The notes under the pieces: model-generated | What the model was told of the DNA's origin: nothing | The model's database searches: none | The model's input: only the letters and a program-made list of their open reading frames with translations | NCBI GenBank assembly: GCA_020137815.1 | Contig: CM035350.1 | Location: forward strand, 1,612,001-1,676,000 | DNA from: Hormiphora californensis | Lineage: Eukaryota; Animalia; Ctenophora | Direction: 5' to 3' | DNA length: 64,000 nt | Shown: piece by piece, positions 1 through 11,600 of the stretch | Numbering within the stretch: position 1 is the stretch's first letter | How the letters are laid out: each line of letters starts with the position of its first letter | Position numbers and translations under genes: made by a program

Positions 1-723
1 AACACAGCCCAGGAGGTGGGATACAACGTTATCTGCTACGGATATAACCATGTGGAGAAATGGGAAGATGTGGAGGAACTGCTAACCTCTCGGATTGAAA
101 ATCTCCTTTCAACCATCTACCCGGGTGGGAAGGAGGAGAAAAAGGCTGAGAAAATGGCGAGATCTATCAAGAAGGAGTATGTTGGGAAGAGTTATCCCTG
201 ATGGTACTCGAAGGAGAAGAAAGAAGAGGGACGAGGGTGAGGGTGCTGCAGAGGACTGGTGGCCCCAGCTTTACTGGGATACCCTGACCACCGATGTGAG
301 AGCTACCTGCCCCATGAACACCCTGGCTGAGGACATGAACAAGAACAAGAACATAAACGTGTACAGGCTGTACATCAAGAGCCGCCCAGAGGATACCAAT
401 GGGCAGGGGGCACGATGGGATACTGTCCACGGGTGGGACACGGAGGCACTCTTTGGGTATGGATGGTTTACAGGATACATGAGCAACCCTGAGACGATTC
501 TCAAACCGGCACCAAAGGAACCTTCCAGTCCCATCTCCGGGACCTGGTTGGCATGTTTATGAGAGGAGAGCAGATCGGGAACTGGGAGGCAGGATCCACT
601 ATGACATATGAGAATGAGGATTTCCCGGAGCTCGTCAAGATTAGTGCAAAGAACTGGCCCCAGGAGAAACACTGCAGGAACCTGAACAGCAAGGGACTTC
701 TGGACTGGCCCTGGAGGAATTAG
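1..723 (+). CDS. Type-B carboxylesterase/cholinesterase-like protein, C-terminal part (5' truncated; +1 frameshifts near 198 and 505-521); nested antisense in a BBS9 intron
   Basis: Joined frames read NTAQEVG...TTDVRATCPMNTLAEDM..NVYRLYIKSRP...TVHGWDTEALFG...CRNLNSKGLLDWPWRN*. This fits the COesterase catalytic Glu and HGxD His regions. Stop TAG at 721-723. Confidence 0.6.
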
Positions 724-729
724 GAACTG

Positions 730-1011
<282 letters not shown>

Positions 1012-1313
1012 AAATAGCGAAGGACTATCTTTGTGTTTACATGTGCTCAAACTGATCGAAAAAAAAATTGTGATCATTTTAATTAATTTAAAGCGAATAT
1101 TGCTGTTCATTATGTGTAGTTACATTTAATTGTTTCCAATTCCCCAAACAATTTGTTATTTTCTATCACAGAATTCTAAACCAACCATCCACCTTGGCGG
1201 GTAATACCCGGGGTATCAATGCGCTTGCCTTGCTCGACACTCACCGCACGCCGTGAGTGGAAGGTGGGAGGAAGGTGTAGCTAGCTACAAACCACTCACT
1301 ATCAACACTCTAC

Positions 1314-4300
1314 CTTGTAAGCGGCTGATTTCTCAGGAGGGCAAGGTGCCACAGCCAGGCCAAGTGGCAGGTGTACAGAGTTGTGGACACTTCTCGGACT
1401 GCCATGATTGTTGGTGTAGTGGGCCACTAGAGGAATAGAGAGATCCCCCGCCACCCTCTCTCCCGTGTTGTAGATGGAGAAGGTGGCCATTGAGGTGGGT
1501 CCTGAGCCTGGGTGAGAGGGGTTGTTAGAATTTCAACCATAACACCACCGATCCTACCAGAGCATTGGCCTGACAGCACTGATGCTATAATAAACAGTTG
1601 ATGCTTCACAGTACAACATCATGAACATGATCAAATCCCCACCAAGAACCAAGTTCACGTGTATTCCCACATCACTAGAACAATAACAGTGTGTTACAGA
1701 GCATGTTTTTACCATAAGTGTACGTCCGATAACTAAGGGAGCCGCCCATTAGAGTCCATAGAGTTACCTCCTAATTAGTAAACAGTGCTAATTATCACGA
1801 ATGTTGCTATATTTGCTAATTGGGGGAGAGGGTGCTTTCTATGGTAGGAGAGAGTGGAACTTACCAACACCAGTCAGTACGATTGATCGTTGAGGTGCGT
1901 AGAAAGGTGGTTCTGGCATTAATGTGACAGTCACTTTGTCCAAACTGATCTTGGAGGAACATCTTAGGTTTACCTAGGAAGGAATATTATAGTCAGTATA
2001 TTCAATTGAGTGTGTAAACATATCCTGTCTTGTTAACGGGCACTCTAACCCAATATAATCCCTCTAAATGTGAGTAAGACATGAGCGATGGTGGTGTAAT
2101 GGTCAGCATAGTTGCCTTCCAAGCAGTTGATCCGGGTTCGATTCCCGGCCATCGCACTGACTTTTGTAAAATTGAAATAATATTTTGTCCGATAAAATTG
2201 AATTTTACCAAATCACGTCTTGTTTTGATACAAGCAAGTTTCTCTCCCCAGATCTCAAGCTTTAAGGCTGGCAGAATTTGAGGATCCCGCGCGTGCGTTT
2301 ATTCGGCCGTTTCCCCACACAAACCGCTGTTGACCGGCGAGTCGCCGCGCTGTGGTGTCGCCGCGCGCTACGTACATGACTCCGGGAAAGTGTGACCGAT
2401 CTGTTGTTGTGTACCTTTACTGTGACTGTTGGATACTCAGTATCAGACTCATCATGTTTCACTCCCACCACATCAAGTCCATTGATAGGCTCCACAAACA
2501 GAGAGAAATCGGACTGCTCCTTGGCTTTGGGGGAATGATCAATGGGCTTAGAATTCTCCCTGATTATCTGCTGCAACCTCGCCATTTCTTGGTCTTTTTC
2601 CTGGTGAGACAATTTGGGATTATGAATAGGGTCTAGAATATGACTCGATAAGATGAGCAACCACTGCTTCTGAGTCTCATAGTTAGTCGATACAATGAAT
2701 AACGACTCAGATAGTACTTTGTATTGCAGGAAAATGTAAATCCGATGTATGTAAATCGTGTAAGTCGTCATGTCAAGACCTCTTTTAATTCCAGTATTTA
2801 GTTGTTACTTACTGCGTAGTTGATGTCCCTTGTTTCCACTGGTTTTGGTGTTTGAAGGGAGGGATCCGTCCCTAGGTAAAACAGGTAAATTCGACCTGTA
2901 TCATCCATCGACACTATCTGCCCTTTCACTGATCTGAACATTATATTCAGTTACAGATTGAAAATAATCAAACTAGTTACAGATTGGAAATAATCAAATC
3001 ACCCCCTCTCTGCACAGTTATCTCCCCTTCTTACCCCTGAGTTAGAACAGTAACGCTGACGGGTGTATGTAGGAATTTAGAGCTCCATGCGAGAGTGGTA
3101 TCCTGCCATACGTAACATGTTCCACTGTGACTCACAACCAACAAGTTGATTGTACCCTCACACACAGAAGCGTAGGGGGAGAAACAGGAAGGGTTAAACT
3201 CAAATCTCTTCATGTATTTCATAGCCCCATTCTCCCTCAGTGCGAACAAGTTGTGTTCTCCCAGTACAAATATAGTAGTTCCACCCTCCATGTGATCTGT
3301 AAATGTCTGGATATCCAGGACATTGTCCCCGATGTTACTCCTCCAATCCACACGGAGACGCTTGCCAGTACCCGTCTTGATGTGATCCTTACTTTCACTC
3401 TCAGTGCTGACAGCCAGGGTCTGGTAGCGGTACGCCTCTACAAAGTTGGAGGAGGAGGATGTTATTAGAGTGTCTGTGGAGGGTAGGTAGCAGAGGGGTC
3501 CAGGCACTAGGAACTGGGGCAGAAACCGGGCAAAGGCAAAACTATCCTGCTCGTAGAATGACAGCATCCCATCCATAGACTGGACACATATGAAATCTTT
3601 ATCTGAAGAGAAATAGGCATGTCAAGGAACTTATCAAGTACTAAGCAAATGCTAAGGAATTGAGCTAATTTACTAAGAAACAAAGGGCCCGTACCTTTAA
3701 CACCACCGAACTTTCCAATACACATGTTACACGCAGTCCTCTCCAGTTTATGTTGATAGACCTGGTTTACTGTGTATACTGCCCCCGTGTCTTTAGTCCT
3801 CGTCTCTATGGTAACGGAACACACTGCCAGCTTCCTGGGGTGTAGGATGGCCAGATAGGTCCCATTGTCACCAACTAGAGTGCCCATTAGGACACCCAGT
3901 ATAGGGGCATCAGCTTGGAATTCTAGCAAGAGATCCTCATGGCTGCCACCTGGGGAGGGATGGGGTGTTAGGGGGTGATTCGTGTAGCTCACACTGTATT
4001 TTATTTCTGTGGGGGTTGCACAGATCAAGAGTAAGGCAGGTCGGTAGAACTTCGACAGAATTTAGGGTAGGTCAATTTAGGGTAGGTCAATTTAGGGTAG
4101 GTCTGAATTTAGGGCAGGTCTGAATTTAGGGTAGGTGCATTTAGGGTAGGTCTGAATTTAGGGTAGGTCAATTTAGGGTAGGTCCGTAACGTATCGTTTA
4201 TTAAAGCATTGCAATTCGACATTAGATTCTGATTAGGTCGCTGAACCGCGTCCCGTATCTCGTATCAACTCATTGCAATTCCATCTTAGTCACCGATTAG

Positions 4301-5346
4301 GTCGCTGAACCACTTCCCGTATCTCGTATCAACTCATTGAAATTCGAGGTTAGACACAAATTAGGTCCCTGAACCGCGTCCCGTATCTCATATCAGCTCA
4401 TTGAAATTCCATCTTAGTCACCGAGACTAAGTACTACTTAAAGTAGGTGAACTGAGTTAGGTCGGTAGACTGTGTTCCGTATTGCATCAAATGAAATTAG
4501 GACTGTTTGACTGTTCACTTAGTTTATGTTGCCTTGTTCGACCCTCCTCCCCTCCTTTGAACAAAACAAAGTTTATGCACGTATATTTTAAGAGTTCCAT
4601 CCTGAGTTGAAACCTGTTTAAGAAAAAAAATAATTCGTTTGCCATCTCATTTGTGTCTAACCTCGAATTCCAATAAGTTGATACGAGATACGGGACGTGG
4701 TTCAGCGACCTAATCGGTGACTAAGATCGAATTGAAATGAGTTGATACGAGATACGGGACGCGGTTCAGGGACCTAATTTGTGTCTAACCTCGAATTTCA
4801 ATGAGTTGATATGAGATACGGGACGTGGTTCCCGTTCAGCGACCTAATCGGTGACTAAGATCGAATTGAAATGAGTTGATACGAGATACGGGACGCGGTT
4901 CAGGGACCTAATCAGAATCTAATGTCGATTTGCAATGCTTTGATAAACGATACGTTACGGACCTACCCTAAATTCAGACCTACCCTAAATTCAGACCTAC
5001 CCTAAATTCACCTACCCTAAACTCAGACCTACCCTAAATTCAGACCTACCCTAAATTCAGACCTACCCTAAATTCAGACCTACCCTAAATTGACCTACCC
5101 TAAATTCTGTCGAAGTTCTACCGACCTCTATGATATTAGAGTCCCCTAATAGTATTCAAACAACCTACCCTTTGTAAGGGGAGCGTATATCCGGAGAACC
5201 CCACTAAGACTCCCCACTACTAATCTTCTCCTAGTTTATCAGGAGCGTTATCAATATTCCCAATGGCAATGTTAGCTGTGTCAAACTCCTCGTCTCCACA
5301 CCCTGCCTGGCCTTGCCACCACTCCCGTGATTTGAACTAGAGACAT
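1314..5346 (-). CDS. BBS9: BBSome subunit BBS9/PTHB1, 5' part. Exons 5346-5169, 3949-3695, 3602-3035, 2933-2813, 2600-2415, 1973-1865, 1507-1314; continues beyond the left edge
   Basis: MSLFKSREWW...EEFD...NIDN...KIVVGSLSGVLRIY (after three +1 corrections), LAILHPRKL, DFICVQSMDGMLSFYEQD, LYLGTDPS-like and HLPLGL motifs; GT-AG boundaries keep phase. Confidence 0.93.
2085..2156 (+). tRNA. tRNA-Gly (anticodon TCC), inside a BBS9 intron on the opposite strand
   Basis: GCGATGG/CCATCGC acceptor stem, A box TGGTGTAATGG, anticodon loop CTTCCAA, B box GGTTCGATTCC, TTTT terminator at 2162-2165. Confidence 0.97.
4038..5127. mobile_element. Foldback/MITE-like element with long modular inverted arms, in BBS9 intron 1
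   Basis: AGGTCGGTAGAACTTCGACAGAATTTAGGG... at left mirrors ...CCCTAAATTCTGTCGAAGTTCTACCGACCT at right. Arms are built of 15-17 bp TTTAGGGTAGGTC units and ~60-65 bp units. No TSD recognised. Confidence 0.85.
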
Positions 5347-5650
5347 ATCGGCCTAGTAACAGTGTAGGATAGTTAGCGAAGAAGAAGGATAGTTAGTGAA
5401 ATGCCACATGGTTATGGAAACATAGATGCCTAATACTATATGATATGATGTGTATTGTGTGTGATAATTTAGTGAATTGGAGAAAGAAACAAGTTGTAAC
5501 GTTAAGAAAACCCAGTTATAATTAAACGAAGTGATACAAAAAAGGACAAAACTCTCCCAATAACGAAGAAAAAAAGAAACAAATTAAACCACGGAGACAT
5601 CTCCAGAGATATATCATCCAGATACATATTTAGCCATCTCCAGATATATT

Positions 5651-8600
5651 CTACCATGTTTCATTCTGGTAGAGCTGCCCCTTTATAAGCTGGTCAATGT
5701 ATTTGGTGGTATCAGCTGGAGATAGTTGACCGTATGCTCGAACTACGTCTGTCAGGGCCTCCTTTACTTGAAGGGGCATGTTCTTACTGTTACCTGGAGA
5801 AAGGGAGGGGGTTGGTATGATCTTACACATAACAGAGAGATGGGGGATCAAGTAGAATGGGAGACGTGTGGTGTCCAAAAATGATAAATATCACGCACGA
5901 GTTTTGGATGACAAAAATCCGACTTTACAGTTTACCCTCCAATTAAAAACGTGTAACCTACCTGCAACACAGAACACAGCTCCCTCCCTAGAAATCAGTC
6001 TCCACACTAACTCCCCATGCTCTCGTATCCGATCCTGTACGTACACCTTGTCCTTTTGGTCCCGAGAAAAAGCGGTAAAAACCTGAAGATTAGGTTTCCC
6101 CACCCACTCAGACTCGAATAGGTAGTCCTTGTCCTTGTATCTGCAACCGAAGAACAACACCATCTTCTGATTTGTTCCCGCTCGTGACTGGATGAGTGAT
6201 CGGAATGGGGCTATACCCGTTCCTGGCCCTACCTGGGAACAACATGGGTTACACCTCGGGTTACAACATGGGTTACAACATGGGTTACGAGACGTTACAA
6301 GACGTTACAACAAGTAACAACCGTGACAAGAGGAGTAGAGAATTGAGGGACACATACCATGATGATAGGTCTGTCAGGTGGGAAGTTGAAGGAGCCACTC
6401 TCCAAGGATACCACGACAGGAGATCCAGTAGGAAGCGTACTGAGCCAGGTGGAACACAAACCAACACGCTCACTTTTTAGATTCGTTCGGTACCTGAACA
6501 ACAACAATAATGTTAGATTCGTTCGGTACCTGAACAACAACAATGGGGTGAGATTATTGGAACAAAAACACGTTATTTTATGATATTGGCGGTTAGTTTT
6601 GTTTGTATGCTCTTGCCGTGAATCAGGCCCGTGGTGTAACTTGCCTAACAACTCCCACACACAGCTGTGCTGATTTTGGACAGGAACTTTGGGCTGATGC
6701 AATTGAAAATCCCCGTGGTTTGATTCTCCCAAAGACATCGAATAGGTATGTTAAATCGAGGTTTTTACGGACGGAATGAAAATCACTCAAAACTTCCAGA
6801 ATGTTTCGTTTAGGCCGACTGACGTAACTGTACAACTCCTCTGTGTCCTTCATCTGAAAAACAATCTTACTATAGAATAAACCGTAGACACACAATAAAC
6901 TCTTGAGAGTTGAGATGGTAACCATGGTTACACAGTAACTACCACTATGAAGTAACCATGGTTACACAATACACAGCCACCACTAAGAAGTAACCCAACA
7001 GTTAACTTACATTAGTAAATTCCTGGAATTTCTCCTTCTCCAGCTCGTCAGTAGGAAAGTTGCTACATAACTCGAAGAATTGCCGTTCGGGAACAGCTAC
7101 AATGTCTAGATAAGAGGTGAGTAGCTCTCTGACAGACATCTCCATACAGAATGGTGAGGTAATGGTGATAGTATCAGTTAGAGTTAGGTTCAGGAGCTCT
7201 GCAGTCAATTTCACATTTTCCGGAGTGTTCCTGGTAAAAAAATGGAAAGAAATTGAAATATTGGAAGAACAAATCAATATCGCAAACTGACCAAATCACG
7301 ATTTGATCATTCTGATCCGCCAAACTAGCTGTTACCTGTAGATTATAAAATCCCACCCTATCTCACCTAGGGTAGACCCACAGTACATCCCCGGGCTTGT
7401 AGGACACTTCTGCCTCTACAAAACCTACTTCCACCAGTCTGACATCTTGGAAATGAGACTCGTGTGTCAGCCGATTATTAGAGATGAGCTCGCCTTGTAG
7501 GGCATTATCATTTCTGTATGTCTTGCTTTCTATTTCCCCGTGGTTAGGTGTAATAGTAAACTGGACCGAGGGTGGTAGTAGTCTATAGTTCCGGGATAGT
7601 GGTCTGGAGAGATGTTGAGAGAGGTTTTCAAAGAATCCCTCTACCCAGTGATAGGATTGGTAGTCTGACCCTTCAGGATGTTGGTCATCTGATAATCCAA
7701 TATCCACCAACGACGTTGCACCTGTTGGGAACATATTGTAAAAGTTCTTCTTCTTTGAGTCGCCTCTCAAGCAATTCTGAAGTTTTGTGTTTCGTGCAAA
7801 GTAGCAATTACGAACATTTTTTGCAAAATATCATTCGATCCAAAACTAGTTAAAAAATGGCCCTTAAATCAGTTCTTATCTGAACTGTATCGAATTTCAG
7901 ATTTAAGTGTGCAGTACTGCACACGTACTGCAGGGTGCGAATTTGTAATGAACCTTTCCATTTTGTTTTATGTGAGTTATACTTGAGTCGCCTGGTTCTG
8001 TGTCTGTGCACTTGGACAAACAAAGGATCACAAGCCTTTCAACGCCATTATCATTGCCTAAGTACCGTACTTTTGATTTGACTACAACGTTTTTAGCTCG
8101 CGTCTGGTTTTCTAAAGTTTGATCAACACGGCTTCAGTTCTCAATGGGATATGTTAGAACTTGTGGAACGGCTCTGGCTGCTGCAACCTGTCTTCTGGCC
8201 GTGTATATTGAGATGTCAGCAAGGTAAGAGCTTTTAGAAACAAATTCCGATTTCCGTCCCTATCTAAACCTGATAATTAACTTTATCCTCTCCCCTGAAT
8301 GCAGGTTTGGGATCCCTATTGCAATGATTGGGGGAATGTTGAAGAAGAATTGTACTGTTGGCGAGGAACTGTGCTGGAGCGAACAGACGAAAGCAAACGT
8401 TCTCGGTGCATATTTCTACGGATACTGTGCTCAGTTTTTCTCTGTTTCCTTTGTCAAACGATTCAACATTTTCCTGTCAGGATACAGAGCTTGGCTGGTT
8501 CTATGCATAGCAGCACAGTTCACCTACCCTATCCTCGCTCAACTGTCCACTGGCGGACTAATGGTTGCACAAGCGGTCAGGGGATTCATGACTGGGATCA

Positions 8601-11600
8601 TGATCAGCTACAACATGGAGTTCATCAATAATTGGATGCCGCTAAGACTCAAGAAGTCTCTCATCTCAGCTATTGGATTTACTAACTACTTCGGTAACGG
8701 AACAGCAGGTCTCATTGCCTCTGCATTTACCTACAACATAGGTTGGGAGTACTACTTTTACTTCTGCGGGGTAATGTTCTCCCTCGTCTTGCTACTGAAC
8801 CTCATCTTTGTAGCGACTGTGCCTGAGGACAGCTTCTTCCTGAAAACATTTCAACCGAAACTAGACACGGATGAGGAGCGACCAGAACCAAAACAGCCAG
8901 TGACATTTTCATTTCGGGACATTCTCAGTAGGTGGTATGTGTGGATGTTTTGTGTGTATGGGATCAGTTACAACCTCACCTACTACAACACACTGATTAC
9001 CTCCCCGTTTTATCTAAACGAAGTGCTGCATGTAGACGCCCAGACAATTTCACTCATAACCCTCGGTCTCAGTCTAACTGTTGCGTTTAGCACAGTGTTC
9101 TTCTCTTGGTTCTTCCAGTGGCTGGATTCCTACATCCCCTGGTTGACTTGTAGGATGATCTTCACGATTGTCCCAATGGTAATTCAGATAGTTGTCTTCC
9201 TGGCATTTCCCTGGATTGAGACAACTGGAGGCGCTACATTTCTACTCGTCCTAAGCACATTCGCTGCCTCTACACTATTCAGTGGATCTGTTGTTACCGC
9301 CAATATGGAAATAGATCCTGTCAATGCAGCAGTAGTGCTCTCAGTGTTCAATGGATCAGCTCAAATCGCTGGGTTTCTAGGCCCAATATTGATGGCAGTT
9401 TTTACCGACACCAAAGACAAAAAAGCAGGATGGGACAAGTTTTTCTACTCTATGGCTGGATTTGCAGCACTTGGAATTGTCAGTATTGTGTTTGCAGTGT
9501 GGGTGAAGCCTTCTGAATGGAAAAACAGGAGCAAATCAGGGGAGCCTTATCGAGTTAGAAAAGGACCACCAAAATCGTACATAGCTGCTAACCCCACATC
9601 TGTTTGATAGTGACAGTACAATCCAATGTTGGTGCTACTTTTACTAATTTAGTTATATTTGAACATATAATACTGCCCACTGCCCAGTGTCCATGTTATG
9701 ACAGCCTTTCTTGATGCGAATTGCGATTAAATATTGAAAAATATTTCATTTTCTTCAAGTTAGGATCAAGTCAAGCACAGCAGCAACTGACAAGATTGAA
9801 ATACTGCGATACCAGAATGGGCTATGTTGAATCAATCGGGAAGGCCCTGGCTTCTCTAACATGTCTCCTGGCTGTTTACAGTGAAATGTCTGCAAGGTGA
9901 GCCAAACGTACAACCAGTTAAAAACATCCCTTTGATAGCGTTTTTAGAAAAACAGGAATATTGTTCATCCTACGAGCTTAGTGCTCAGGGCCCAACGGGT
10001 CTACAGTACACAGCCTGTGCCTAAGTACTGTAATGATATGTCACGTACGATTGTACAAATATTATCTCCCATATTTTATAATCTCTCCCCTCCCCAGGTT
10101 CGGGATCCCTATTGCAATGATTGGGGGAATGTTAGAGAAGAATTGTACTGTTGGCGAGGAACTGTGCTGGAGCGAACAGACGAAAGCAAACGTTCTCGGT
10201 GCATATTTCTACGGTTACACGGCCATGTTTTTCTCTGTCTCCATCGTGAAGAGGTTCAATGTCTTTCTCTCTGGTTACAGGAGTATGGCTGGTTTTGTGT
10301 ATAGCAACCCAATTCTCCTACCCCATTCTGGCTCAATACTCTACAATATGGCTCATAGTTGCCCAGGCTGCCCGAGGTTTCTTAACTGGGATCATGGTTT
10401 GCTATAACATGGAGTTCATCAACAACTGGATACCGGATAGATTTAGAGGTTCATTTATATCAGCCATTGGGTTCATCGCATCTTTAGGGAACGGTACTTC
10501 TGGACTTTTTGCATCCACTTTTACTGATAACTTTGGCTGGCAATACTATTTTTATTTCTGTGGGACTCTGTTCACTCTAGTCCTGCTTCTCAACGTTTTG
10601 TTCGTAGCTAGAACACCGGAGGAAAGCTTCCTAATGAAAGTATTCAATCCAAAACAGGAATCGTGCAGCAAACCAGAACTAAAGCAACAAGTAACCTTTT
10701 CTTTTCGTGACATACTAAGTCGGTGGTATGTCTGGATGTTTTGCGTGTACTCGATTTGCTTCAGCCTCCCATATTACCATATACTGGGTACTTCACCATT
10801 TTATCTCAACGAAGTTTTGAAAGTGAACACCCAGACAATCTCATTAATCACCCTCTGTCTCAGTATGACTGTTGCATCTGGTACTCTGTTCTTTTCCTGG
10901 CTCTTTCAAAAGCTGGACAACTACCTCTCCTGGCTTACCTGCAGGCTTACATTCTGTATAGTTCCAATGATTATACAAATAGTGATTTACCTTGCCTTCC
11001 CACATATTGAAACTGTTGAGGGTGCCACGATATTACTGTTCATTGCTACATTTTCAGCCTCACAGTATTTCAGCGGGTCTGTTGTTACTGCCAGTATGGA
11101 AATCGATCCTGCCAATGCGGCAGTTGTAATGTCAATATTCAATGGAGCAGCTCAAATCGCTGGGTTTCTAGGCCCAATATTGATGGCAGTTTTTACCGAC
11201 ACCAAAGATAAGAAAGCAGGATGGGACAAGTTTTTCTCTGCCATGGCGGGCTCTGCAGCACTTGGAATTGTCAGTATTGTGTTTGCAGTTTGGGTGAAGC
11301 CTTCTGAATGGAAAAACAGGAGCAAATCAGGGGAGCCTTATCGAGTTAGAAAAGGAATAACGACACACGATATAGCTGCTTAGGAAACGTACTTCTTTTT
11401 TAGTCTTATTGCCAGTGACTGATCAATATAATCTTGGTTTTATTATCATACATTATTTTATCTTGCATTTAACTTGATTTGAATAAAATAGTTAAGTTTT
11501 GACGTGACCATCCTTTCTGGATGAGATATAATATATTTCTGAATTTACTACTTTATTTAACCTTAGTAAGGATCAAGAATGGGCTACGTTGAATCAATCG

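Noticed and set aside
2002-2281. ORFs overlapping the tRNA
   Set aside because: Chance frames across tRNA-Gly.
4200-4930. ~60-65 bp repeats that superficially resemble a CRISPR array
   Set aside because: Units are contiguous without unique spacers, are mirrored in inverted arms, lie in a eukaryotic intron, and there are no cas genes.
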